Shown here: in pieces, positions 26,384 through 34,107 of the stretch
Position numbering within the stretch: the stretch's first letter is position 1
How the letters are laid out: every line of letters starts with the position of its first letter
Source of the DNA: Candidatus Eiseniibacteriota bacterium
Lineage (GTDB): Bacteria; Eisenbacteria; RBG-16-71-46
Direction of reading: 5' to 3'
DNA: 43,133 nucleotides
NCBI GenBank assembly: GCA_034678345.1
Contig: JAXDBZ010000302.1
Span: 1-43,133 of the forward strand
Translations under genes and position numbers: made by a program
Notes under the pieces: model-generated
The model's input: only the letters and a program-made list of their open reading frames with translations
What the model was told of the DNA's origin: nothing
Database searches by the model: none

Positions 26384-26475
26384 CACCGCCCGGTCCCGCT
26401 TGGAAACCGCGTCCCGCTCGGCTAGCGTGTGACGGTCCGGTCCGCCGCATCGCCGGAGTCACGAGGAGGACCACC

Positions 26476-27747
26476 GTGCCGTCCGACACGCCCCAGAACG
26501 CCCCCGCCACCACCCGCTTCCCCTGGTACGCGGCGGTCTCTCCGCTCCACGACCCCGCGGCGCTGCGCGGCGTGCTGGAAGGCTTCGGCGCCGCCCTGCG
26601 GACGCTCGGCGGGGAGCGCTGGGATCCCGCCGCCGGCCGGCATGCCGCCGCCGCCGGTAGCCCGGTCGTGCTCGTCGTCACCGGCGGCACCGAGCGCCTC
26701 ATCCTCGAGCGGGCGCACTTCGCCGGCGGAGAGCCGGCGCTGCTCGTGGCCCATCCGGGGCACAACTCGCTCCCGGCGGCCCTCGAGGTGCTGGCCCGCC
26801 TGCAGCAGAAGGGCGTGCGCGGCCGGGTCCACTACCTCGAGGGCCCGGGGGACGAGGAGGGCCTGCAGGGTCTCCGGGCCGCCCTGCACGACCGGGCGGT
26901 GCGGCGCGCCCTGCACGAGGCCCGCATCGGGCTCGTCGGTCAGCCCTCCGACTGGCTCGTGGCCAGCAGCCCGAGTCCGCAGGTGGTCCGCGAGGTATGG
27001 GGACCCACGGTCCTGCCCCTGCCCCTCGAGCCACTCTACGATCCGCCGGATACCGACATCGCCGTGCTCGGCGAGCGCACGGCGCGCGCGCTGCGCGCCG
27101 GGGCCGGGGCGGTGGTCGAACCCGCCGAAGCGGACCTGCCCGCCGCCGGGCGCGTGCACGCCGCCCTGCGCCGCATGGTGGACGCCGGGCGCCTCGATGC
27201 GCTGAGCCTGCGCTGCTTCGACCTCGTCACGCACCGCCGCACGACCGGCTGCCTCGCCCTGGCACGCCTGAACGACGAAGGCGTCATCGCGGGCTGCGAG
27301 GGGGATCTCGTCGCCGCCGTGGCCATGCTCTGGGTTCACCGCCTGCTCGGCGTGCTGCCGTGGATGGCCAATCCCTCCCGGGTGGATCGTGCCCGCGGCG
27401 TGCTGGCGCTGGCGCACTGCACGGTGCCGCCGTCGCTCACCACCGCCTACCGGCTGCGGTCGCACTTCGAGTCCGGGCTCGGCGTCGGGATCCAGGGGAC
27501 GCTGCCCGAGGGACCGGTGACGCTCGTGCGCATCGGCGGCCCGCGCCTGCAACAGCTGCGGGCCATCGACGGCGCGCTGGTCGGCAACACCGATCACCCC
27601 GACCTGTGCCGCACCCAGGTCGAGGTCGAGATCGGCCGCGACGCCCTCGAGGAGCTGCTGGCCCATCCGCTCGGCAACCACATGGTCCTCGTCACCGGCC
27701 ATCACGCCGCGACCCTGCGTCGCTGGCACGAGGCCATGATCGCCTGA
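26476..27747 (+). CDS. L-fucose/L-arabinose isomerase-family protein (uncharacterised subgroup)
   Basis: GAGGAGG lies 5 nt before GTG 26476. Family-like blocks: VIAGCEGDLVAAVAML, ALAHCTVP, and C-terminal HPLGNHMVLVTGHH. The upstream 437 codons of track ORF 25165..27747 are an alternate frame of the permease gene. Confidence 0.6.
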   Translation: MPSDTPQNAPATTRFPWYAAVSPLHDPAALRGVLEGFGAALRTLGGERWDPAAGRHAAAAGSPVVLVVTGGTERLILERAHFAGGEPALLVAHPGHNSLPAALEVLARLQQKGVRGRVHYLEGPGDEEGLQGLRAALHDRAVRRALHEARIGLVGQPSDWLVASSPSPQVVREVWGPTVLPLPLEPLYDPPDTDIAVLGERTARALRAGAGAVVEPAEADLPAAGRVHAALRRMVDAGRLDALSLRCFDLVTHRRTTGCLALARLNDEGVIAGCEGDLVAAVAMLWVHRLLGVLPWMANPSRVDRARGVLALAHCTVPPSLTTAYRLRSHFESGLGVGIQGTLPEGPVTLVRIGGPRLQQLRAIDGALVGNTDHPDLCRTQVEVEIGRDALEELLAHPLGNHMVLVTGHHAATLRRWHEAMIA

Positions 27748-28634
27748 TGCGCAGGGCCCCCGGGATGACCGCCGCAGTGCCCTGCCGGCCCGCGCTGGTG
27801 GTCCTCGACTTCGACGGGACGCTGACCGACGCCGACGCGCATGCCCCCGCGTTCCTCGCCGCCTCGCGGCAGGCGCTCCGGGCGCGGCTGGGCTGGCAGG
27901 GGGCCGCCACGCGGGACGCCTGGGAGCGCACCTGGGCCCTGGTCCGGGCGCTGCCTGCCGAGGCGGCCTGGCAAGTGGGTGGACTTCCCGCCTGCCCGGC
28001 CAACGGGGATCCCTATCTGACCGCCAACGGCGTCGTCCGGCGGCTCCTCGATGAGCATGGCGGCCTCGCCGGGGAGGAGTTGGCCGCCGCCGTCCTCGAT
28101 GTCCATCGCCGGGCCTACGCGCAGGTGCCTCCGCCGTTTCGCTCCGACGCTCCCGCGCTGCTCGAGGCGCTGGGGGCGGCGGGCCACCGTCTGAGCGTGG
28201 TCACGAACTCGCGCACCGGCACGGTCGAGCGCCTGCTCGGCTCGCTCGGCTTCCGCGGGCGCGGCGCGGTGCTGGTGCGCGGCGACGCCGCCAAGTTCAC
28301 GATCGGGAGCGACGGGGTCGCCGACGCCCGCCTCACCGGCCTGCCCCGGAGCGTCGAATGGCCCGAGTTGGCCCGACCGATCCACCTCCATCGGGGCCCG
28401 TACTTCCGCGTCCTCGCGCGCCTGTGGGACGAGACGGGCACCGGTCCGGACGACACGCTGGTCGTGGGGGACAACTTCGAGTTGGATCTGGCCATGCCGG
28501 CGGCGCTGGGCGCCCATGTCCACCTCGTGCTACGGGCGGGCACCCTGCCGCACGAGGAGCGCCTCGCGCGTGCGCTGGCGCGCGGCGACGCCGGTGCGGA
28601 CCTGATGGCCGTGCTGGCGCGGCTGGAGCGCTGA
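27747..28634 (+). CDS. HAD-superfamily hydrolase
   Basis: Motif I LVVLDFDGTLTD, motif II SVVTNS, motif IV VVGDNFELD. ATG 27747 overlaps the upstream stop by 1 nt; ATG 27765 is an alternative start. Confidence 0.7.
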   Translation: MRRAPGMTAAVPCRPALVVLDFDGTLTDADAHAPAFLAASRQALRARLGWQGAATRDAWERTWALVRALPAEAAWQVGGLPACPANGDPYLTANGVVRRLLDEHGGLAGEELAAAVLDVHRRAYAQVPPPFRSDAPALLEALGAAGHRLSVVTNSRTGTVERLLGSLGFRGRGAVLVRGDAAKFTIGSDGVADARLTGLPRSVEWPELARPIHLHRGPYFRVLARLWDETGTGPDDTLVVGDNFELDLAMPAALGAHVHLVLRAGTLPHEERLARALARGDAGADLMAVLARLER

Positions 28635-28649
28635 CCGCCGGCCGGGGCC

Positions 28650-29765
28650 TCAGCGGGCCGCCGGCAGCCCCCTCCCGGTCACGAGGTAGGTGGCGAAGCT
28701 GCCCAGCCAGTGCCCGCCTCCGTAGTGCTCGGCCGTCACGTGCGGCAGGCTGGCCTCGCGGTGGGCCCGCGCGGCCGCCAGCAGGCCCGCGCGTCGCGGA
28801 TCGCCGCCCGGAAGGCGCGCCGCGATCCCCTCGAGCATCCAGGCGCGGGAGAGATTGAGGCCGTACAGGTGGATCAGCTTGCCGTCGCTCGGATCGCTGA
28901 CGACGCCCGGCGCCAGCCAGTCGCTCCGGCCGTCGTGCGGCAGGCCCGGCAGAAGGCCCTCGAGCCAGCGCGCGAACTCCTCCGGCGGCAGCACCCGGGC
29001 GACCGCGACGGCCTCCGCCAGGCAGGGGGAGAGGAAGTCCTCGCCCGACGGCTCGTAGTCGAGCGGGCAGTCCCGGTCCGCGAGGAAGAAGCGGCGGATG
29101 GCGGCCTCGAAGACGGCGCTGCTGGCCGTGTCGCCCGTCGCCCGGGCCCAATCGAGGGCGAGCCCGAGGGCGAAGGCCGTCTGGCTGTGCTCGCCCGCGC
29201 GCACCGGTCGCGTGAGCTTCGGCAGCCAGGTCGTGAGTCGCCCGGCACAGACGCGGGCCAACGGCTCGACGTCCGCGGCCCACGCGCGCGCCTGCGGATC
29301 GTCCCACTCGCGCAGCTCGGCGTGGAGCTGCAGCAGCCAGGCCAGCCCGTAGGGGCGCTCGAACGAGGCGCGGTCGGGGCCCTCCAGATAGCGGACCTCG
29401 GCGGCGAGGTTCGCCGGGGTGAGGCTCCTCGCGAGCGCGGCCCGCGCCCGGGGCGCGAAGGCGGCGCCCGGGTGGAGACGGGCCAACCGCGCCAGCAGCC
29501 AGTGCCCGTGCACGGCGGAGTGCCAGTCGAAGCAGCCGCAGAAGGCGGGCGTCAGTGCCCGTGGCGGCTGCGCGTCGGCGTCGCCCTGCATCACGTGGGC
29601 GATCTTGTTCGGGTACTCCTGGTGCACGCAGGCGAGGGCGAGGTCGGCGAACCGCGCGACCGCGGCCGCCGGCAGCGGCTCGTCCGCGCGCGCCGGAGAA
29701 GGGAGCAGGCAGAGGATCAGGGACAGGGCGAGGCCCGCGACCGCACGGCGATGGGAGAGGTCCAT
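28650..29765 (-). CDS. Secreted DUF2891-family protein
   Basis: Signal peptide MDLSHRRAVAGLALSLILCLLPSPARA. Blocks CVHQEYPNKIAHV and FCGCFDWHSAVHGHWLL match my memory of DUF2891. Confidence 0.65.
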   Translation of the reverse strand: MDLSHRRAVAGLALSLILCLLPSPARADEPLPAAAVARFADLALACVHQEYPNKIAHVMQGDADAQPPRALTPAFCGCFDWHSAVHGHWLLARLARLHPGAAFAPRARAALARSLTPANLAAEVRYLEGPDRASFERPYGLAWLLQLHAELREWDDPQARAWAADVEPLARVCAGRLTTWLPKLTRPVRAGEHSQTAFALGLALDWARATGDTASSAVFEAAIRRFFLADRDCPLDYEPSGEDFLSPCLAEAVAVARVLPPEEFARWLEGLLPGLPHDGRSDWLAPGVVSDPSDGKLIHLYGLNLSRAWMLEGIAARLPGGDPRRAGLLAAARAHREASLPHVTAEHYGGGHWLGSFATYLVTGRGLPAAR

Positions 29766-29863
29766 GGCCGGATGATAGCCTCCCGTCGACCACGAGGCGA
29801 GGGCCGGGACCGTCGGTCCCGGGAGGGCGGGTGGGGTATGCTGGCGGTCAGGAGGCCGACCCC

Positions 29864-31288
29864 GTGACCGACGCCGTACGCCGAGCCCCGCGCTCTCCCC
29901 GCCGGTTCGCACCGGAGTGGCTGCTCTTCGCCCTCGTGGCCGCCGTCCTCGTCTGGCAGCTCCTGCTGCCGCCCATCGTGGGGCTGGCGGACAACGGCGA
30001 CTTCGTCCGCGTGCTCGAGCCGCTCGGCCTGCAGCACGCGGCGACCGAGTGGGGCGAGCGCTACTGGAGCTGGCTCGACCGGACCTACGTGCCGGGACCG
30101 CGCCTGCCGGTGGATCTCGAGTCCTCGCAGCTGCTGCTGAGCCGGGCCGCCCAGGGCGTGGCCGGGCTCTTCCGGCGCGACGGCGTGCTGGACATCCGCG
30201 TGCAGGGCGCGCTGCACCTGGCCCTCTACCTGCTGGGCATCGCCCTCGTACTGCGCGCGGCGCGCACCTTCCGCGCCCCGGTCCGCGTCACGCTGGGCCT
30301 GGCCCTGCTGGTCGCCGCCACCGACGTGGCCTACGTCGCGCCCCTGAACTCCTTCTACGCCGAGGCGGCCACGCTCGTCTTCCTCGCCCTCACCCTCGGC
30401 TTCGGCCTCGTCGCCCTGCGGGAGGACGACGCGCGCTCCTGGGCCCTGCCCGGCTATCTCGCGGCCGCCGCGCTCTTCGTGGCGGCCAAGCCACAGAACT
30501 ACCCGCTGGCGGTGCCGCTGGCCGCCGTGCCCTTCGCGCTGCTGCCCCGGCTGCGGCGGACCACCACGCGCGTGCTCGCGGTGGTGGCGGCACTGCTCGT
30601 CATGGTCATGGCCTACGACATGCACTCGCGGCTGCCGTGGTCGCAGACCATCCGCAACCGCTGGAACGACGTCTTCTTCACCATCCTCGCCGACTCCCCC
30701 GATCCGCGCGCCGACCTGGCGGAGTTCGACCTCGACCCGACGCTCGCCCGTTACGCGCGCGTGCCGGCCTTCGCCGACTCGATCCCCATCGAGGAGGTGA
30801 CCGCGCGCTACGGGTTCGGCGACGTGCTGCGCTTCCACGCGCGGCACCCCGCGCGCTTTCTGCACACGGCCTCGGTCTGCGCCGAGAGCGCCTTCGTGTG
30901 GCGGGACCCGCGCCTGGGCAACTTCACGCGTGACTCGGGGCGCCCGGCGGGCACGCTGGCGCACCAGTTCACCGCCTGGAGCCGCCTGCAGGGGCTCGTG
31001 CTGCCCCGCTCGCTGGCCTTCATCGCGGCGTTCCTGGCCGCCGTCTTCGTGGTGGCCCTGGTGGAGGCCGTCCGGTCGCGGCCCGCGACGGCGGGAGGGG
31101 GCACCGCGCTCCTGTGCGCCGCCCTGGCCGTGGCCGCGGGGATGGAGTTCGGCATCTGCGTGGTGGGCGACGGTTACTACGACATCGTAAAGCACCTGTA
31201 CCTGTTCCAGCTGCTCTTCGATGCCTGCCTCTTCGCCGCCGTGGCGTGGCTGGCGGGGCAGGTGGCGGCCCGGCGGCCGGCCCGCTGA
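29864..31288 (+). CDS. Large polytopic membrane protein of unknown function (possibly a GT-C-like glycosyl/lipid transferase)
   Basis: GGAGG lies 8 nt before GTG 29864. About 10 hydrophobic segments. An acidic loop after TM1 (GLADNGDFVRV) is reminiscent of GT-C first-loop motifs. The function is inferred only. Confidence 0.5.
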   Translation: MTDAVRRAPRSPRRFAPEWLLFALVAAVLVWQLLLPPIVGLADNGDFVRVLEPLGLQHAATEWGERYWSWLDRTYVPGPRLPVDLESSQLLLSRAAQGVAGLFRRDGVLDIRVQGALHLALYLLGIALVLRAARTFRAPVRVTLGLALLVAATDVAYVAPLNSFYAEAATLVFLALTLGFGLVALREDDARSWALPGYLAAAALFVAAKPQNYPLAVPLAAVPFALLPRLRRTTTRVLAVVAALLVMVMAYDMHSRLPWSQTIRNRWNDVFFTILADSPDPRADLAEFDLDPTLARYARVPAFADSIPIEEVTARYGFGDVLRFHARHPARFLHTASVCAESAFVWRDPRLGNFTRDSGRPAGTLAHQFTAWSRLQGLVLPRSLAFIAAFLAAVFVVALVEAVRSRPATAGGGTALLCAALAVAAGMEFGICVVGDGYYDIVKHLYLFQLLFDACLFAAVAWLAGQVAARRPAR

Positions 31289-31292
31289 AGCG

Positions 31293-31320
31293 GGCGGGCG
31301 GGGCAGGCACCCCGCCCGCC
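31293..31320. terminator. Perfect 11-bp GC hairpin between convergent genes; likely a bidirectional terminator
   Basis: GGCGGGCGGGG (31293..31303), loop CAGGCA, CCCCGCCCGCC (31310..31320). Confidence 0.5.
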
Positions 31321-31325
31321 ACCGG

Positions 31326-32990
31326 CTACCACTCCCGGAAGAGGCTCAGCACGGCGCCGCGCACGTTGTAGAAGGGCGTCTCGCCGTAGTCGAGACGGGC
31401 ATTGAGCCCCCAGTGCGCGCCGAACCACTGCGAGTAGCCGACGTTGAAGCCGGTCGCGTGGTAGTCCACCAGCGCCTGCCCTGGCCCCACCAACAGGTAG
31501 GAGACGTCCCCGGCGTCGTAGCCGACGCCGATGGACATGCGCCGCCAGACGACGTAGGCGAGGCCAACGCCGCCCGACACGGAGCGCGTGTCGCCCGGCT
31601 GGCCCCAGTCGCAGCGTCCCTGGGCGCTCAGGATCCAGTGCGGCAGGTAACGCACCAGGCTCAGGCCGAGACCGTCGGAGCGGTTGTCACCCTTGCTCTG
31701 GATGCGCGTGTAGCCCAGCGTCGTCACCACCTCCGCGATGGGGCGGCTGACCGCGGCGTCGAAGCGGTAGCGGTGGGCGATGTAGTCGCCCGTGCCCGAC
31801 GAGACGCCTGCCGTGACGCTGGTCTTGCCGAACCAGTGCGAGTAGGACAACCCGCCATCGAGGCTCTCGTCGCCGAAGCGGGCGGACCGCCCCGCCTCGA
31901 AGCGCCACGCCCAGCGATCCTCACGCCACAGCCCGAAGCGCGCGAACTGGCCATCGGCGTCGCCGTAGCCGTTCGAGTAGTGGCCCCACGAGGCCCCGGC
32001 CTCGACCGAGCGCGTGAGCGGCGGCAGGTCCGCCGCGCCAGCAGTGCCCGCCACCGCCACCAGGAGCGCCAGCAGCGCCGCGGCCACGCCGGCGGCTCCG
32101 TTGCCGTTGCCCCCGGCTTCGCCCTGCCGCCGCGCCCACACGCGGTCCTCGAGACGCATCGGGTGGTGCCAGCTCACGCCCCACGAGTAGAACGAGACGA
32201 ACACCAGCACGTTCACCGTCAGCCCGAAGACGAAGAACATCAGCGGCATGTACAGCAGGGACAGGTGGTGGATGACGTAGGCGTGCGCGGCATACTGCAG
32301 CGGCACCAGCACGATCATGTGCAGCATCGTCATCACGGTGAGCAGGGCCTTGCGGGCGACCCCGAAGTCGAGCACGTAGTAGGTGAAGCCCAGCACGATG
32401 GGGACCAGGGCGACGAGCATGAGTTGGGCGATCAACATGCCGTGGACGTAGCCCGCCCCGTCGTAGGGGAAGGCCTGCGGCCAGAGGCCGAAGAAGATCT
32501 GCGCGCCCCCCTGGAAGAAGGCCAGCAGGCGCAGCACGTAGCGCAGCGGCAGGATCACCGGTGGCACGGCGTACGAGCCGAAGGCCAGCGCGAGGGTGAA
32601 CAGCAGGCCCCACCACCACGCCCCGCTGCCCGGCAGGCCCGAGGCGAAGCTCAGGAACGGCACATCGAACTCGAGCAGCCCGTAGAAGTCGTAGCGGACC
32701 AGCGACACCTGCCCGGGGATATCCATCAGGCCCTGCCAGGTCTCGAGCATGCCCGCCCACGCCCGGGCCACCGGCCCGAGCAGGAGCAGGTACGCGACGA
32801 ACAGGGCCAGCGCCAGCAGTGCGGCCGGCACGAGCTTCTCCCGCTGCACGGGAGAGACGCGCAGCGCCCGGTGTTCCGGGATGTCGCCGCCGCCCCAGCC
32901 CCGCCGGCGCAGGCGCAGGACCTCCTGCCGCGTCGCGGCATCGGCCCAGGGAAGCTCGGCGTCCAGCATCAGGTTGCGTGCGTTCGCCAT
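31326..32990 (-). CDS. Fusion protein: N-terminal ~7-TM inner-membrane domain, then an internal signal-peptide-like segment, then a C-terminal YaiO-like outer-membrane beta-barrel
   Basis: ATG 32990 lies 1 nt after the upstream stop. Residues ~70-290 (track ORF numbering) form six long hydrophobic helices. Then comes MRLEDRVWARRQGEAGGNGNGAAGVAAALLALLVAVAGTAGA|ADL. The C-terminal ~260 aa show alternating beta-strand patterns, resemble E. coli YaiO by eye (VEAGASWGHYSNGYGD..; TLGYTRI..) and end in an aromatic residue (..LSLFREW). Confidence 0.65.
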   Translation of the reverse strand: MANARNLMLDAELPWADAATRQEVLRLRRRGWGGGDIPEHRALRVSPVQREKLVPAALLALALFVAYLLLLGPVARAWAGMLETWQGLMDIPGQVSLVRYDFYGLLEFDVPFLSFASGLPGSGAWWWGLLFTLALAFGSYAVPPVILPLRYVLRLLAFFQGGAQIFFGLWPQAFPYDGAGYVHGMLIAQLMLVALVPIVLGFTYYVLDFGVARKALLTVMTMLHMIVLVPLQYAAHAYVIHHLSLLYMPLMFFVFGLTVNVLVFVSFYSWGVSWHHPMRLEDRVWARRQGEAGGNGNGAAGVAAALLALLVAVAGTAGAADLPPLTRSVEAGASWGHYSNGYGDADGQFARFGLWREDRWAWRFEAGRSARFGDESLDGGLSYSHWFGKTSVTAGVSSGTGDYIAHRYRFDAAVSRPIAEVVTTLGYTRIQSKGDNRSDGLGLSLVRYLPHWILSAQGRCDWGQPGDTRSVSGGVGLAYVVWRRMSIGVGYDAGDVSYLLVGPGQALVDYHATGFNVGYSQWFGAHWGLNARLDYGETPFYNVRGAVLSLFREW

Positions 32991-32991
32991 C

Positions 32992-34107
32992 TCAGGCCTT
33001 CCCTTCCGCGGCGCGGGGGAGCACGAGTCCGCCGCCATGCGCCCAGACCGTGCCGTGCGTCACGGTGCCGGTCTCGACCTCGAGGCAGCGCACGGTCACC
33101 GTGGTGGGGCGCCCGGCCGCGCCCAGCTCGGCCGCGGCGCCGACCCGGGCGTCGCGCTCAGCGACCACCGGCCCCCCGATGCGGCAGTCCGTCCCGATCG
33201 CGAGATCGCGCCCCGACACCACCGCGCCCTCGACAGCCACGCCGGATCCAAGGTGCAGGTCGCCATGACTCTTCAGGCTGCCCACGATCCTCGTGCCCTC
33301 GCCGACCACCAGCTCGCCGGTGACCACGATGTCCGACGTCACCAGCCGGTGCGCCGGGATCTCGAGCCCGCTCCGCACCAGCCAGCGGCCCGCCGCGTCC
33401 TCGACCAGGCCCGGCACGTCCTTCGCGGTCCACGGCGCGAGCGCGGCGCCGTCCGCGGGCGCTCCGCGCCCCGCCGCCGGTTCCCCGAAGGCCACGACCG
33501 GGGCGTTCAGACGCTCGAAGCGACAGCCGGCTGCGAGGCGCAGCGCCCGTTCGGCCGAGGCGCGTCCGTGCAGTGCGCAGGATTCCCGCGCCGCCAGCGT
33601 GCCCCGGGCGTGCAGCCAGCGCAGCGACCAGCAGCCGCGGTCGAGGCGCAGGTCGCCGTGCGACAGGACGGCGCGGCAGACGGTGCCCTCGCCGACCTCC
33701 ACGTCACCGCCCCCGTAGACCTCCAGCGGGAACAGCGCCCGGGCGGGCAGTCCCAGCCTCCCGGCGCCCACGGTAACCGCCGGACAGGAGATCGGACCGG
33801 CCGGCGGCACGGTCACGCGGGCCGGGGCGTCGTCGGGCAGCACCACGTACGGCGTGCCGTCCTCGAAGCGGCCCTCGATGGGGCCCCCTCCGGCTCCGCA
33901 GGCCGCCAGCGCCTCGCCCAGATGCCCACCGATCCACGCCTGGAAGGCGGTGGCGAAGTGACGGATGTCCACGTCGGCGCCGCGCACCACGCGCAGCGGC
34001 TTCACGTCCGTCCGCCGGCGCCACTCGAGGAGCGAGGGCAGCAGCGGCAGCGCCGCCCAGCCGACGAACAACGCCAGCACGCCGATGACCGCCAGGATCA
34101 TGGCCAT
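32992..34107 (-). CDS. N-terminally membrane-anchored beta-helix repeat protein (bactofilin/DUF583-like or hexapeptide-repeat-like)
   Basis: GAGGAGGA RBS 3 nt before ATG 34107. TM anchor MAMILAVIGVLALFVGWAALPLL followed by RRR. Repeats such as VVTGELVVGEGTRIVGSLKSHGDLHLGSGVAVEGAVVSGRDLAIGTDCRIGGPVVAERDARVG. Confidence 0.6.
   Translation of the reverse strand: MAMILAVIGVLALFVGWAALPLLPSLLEWRRRTDVKPLRVVRGADVDIRHFATAFQAWIGGHLGEALAACGAGGGPIEGRFEDGTPYVVLPDDAPARVTVPPAGPISCPAVTVGAGRLGLPARALFPLEVYGGGDVEVGEGTVCRAVLSHGDLRLDRGCWSLRWLHARGTLAARESCALHGRASAERALRLAAGCRFERLNAPVVAFGEPAAGRGAPADGAALAPWTAKDVPGLVEDAAGRWLVRSGLEIPAHRLVTSDIVVTGELVVGEGTRIVGSLKSHGDLHLGSGVAVEGAVVSGRDLAIGTDCRIGGPVVAERDARVGAAAELGAAGRPTTVTVRCLEVETGTVTHGTVWAHGGGLVLPRAAEGKA

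Noticed and set aside
25165-26475. First 437 codons of the 860-aa ORF 25165..27747
   Set aside because: This is an alternate frame of the YbiR-like permease gene, with an Arg/Gly/Pro-rich translation. The real isomerase-like gene starts at GTG 26476, behind GAGGAGG.
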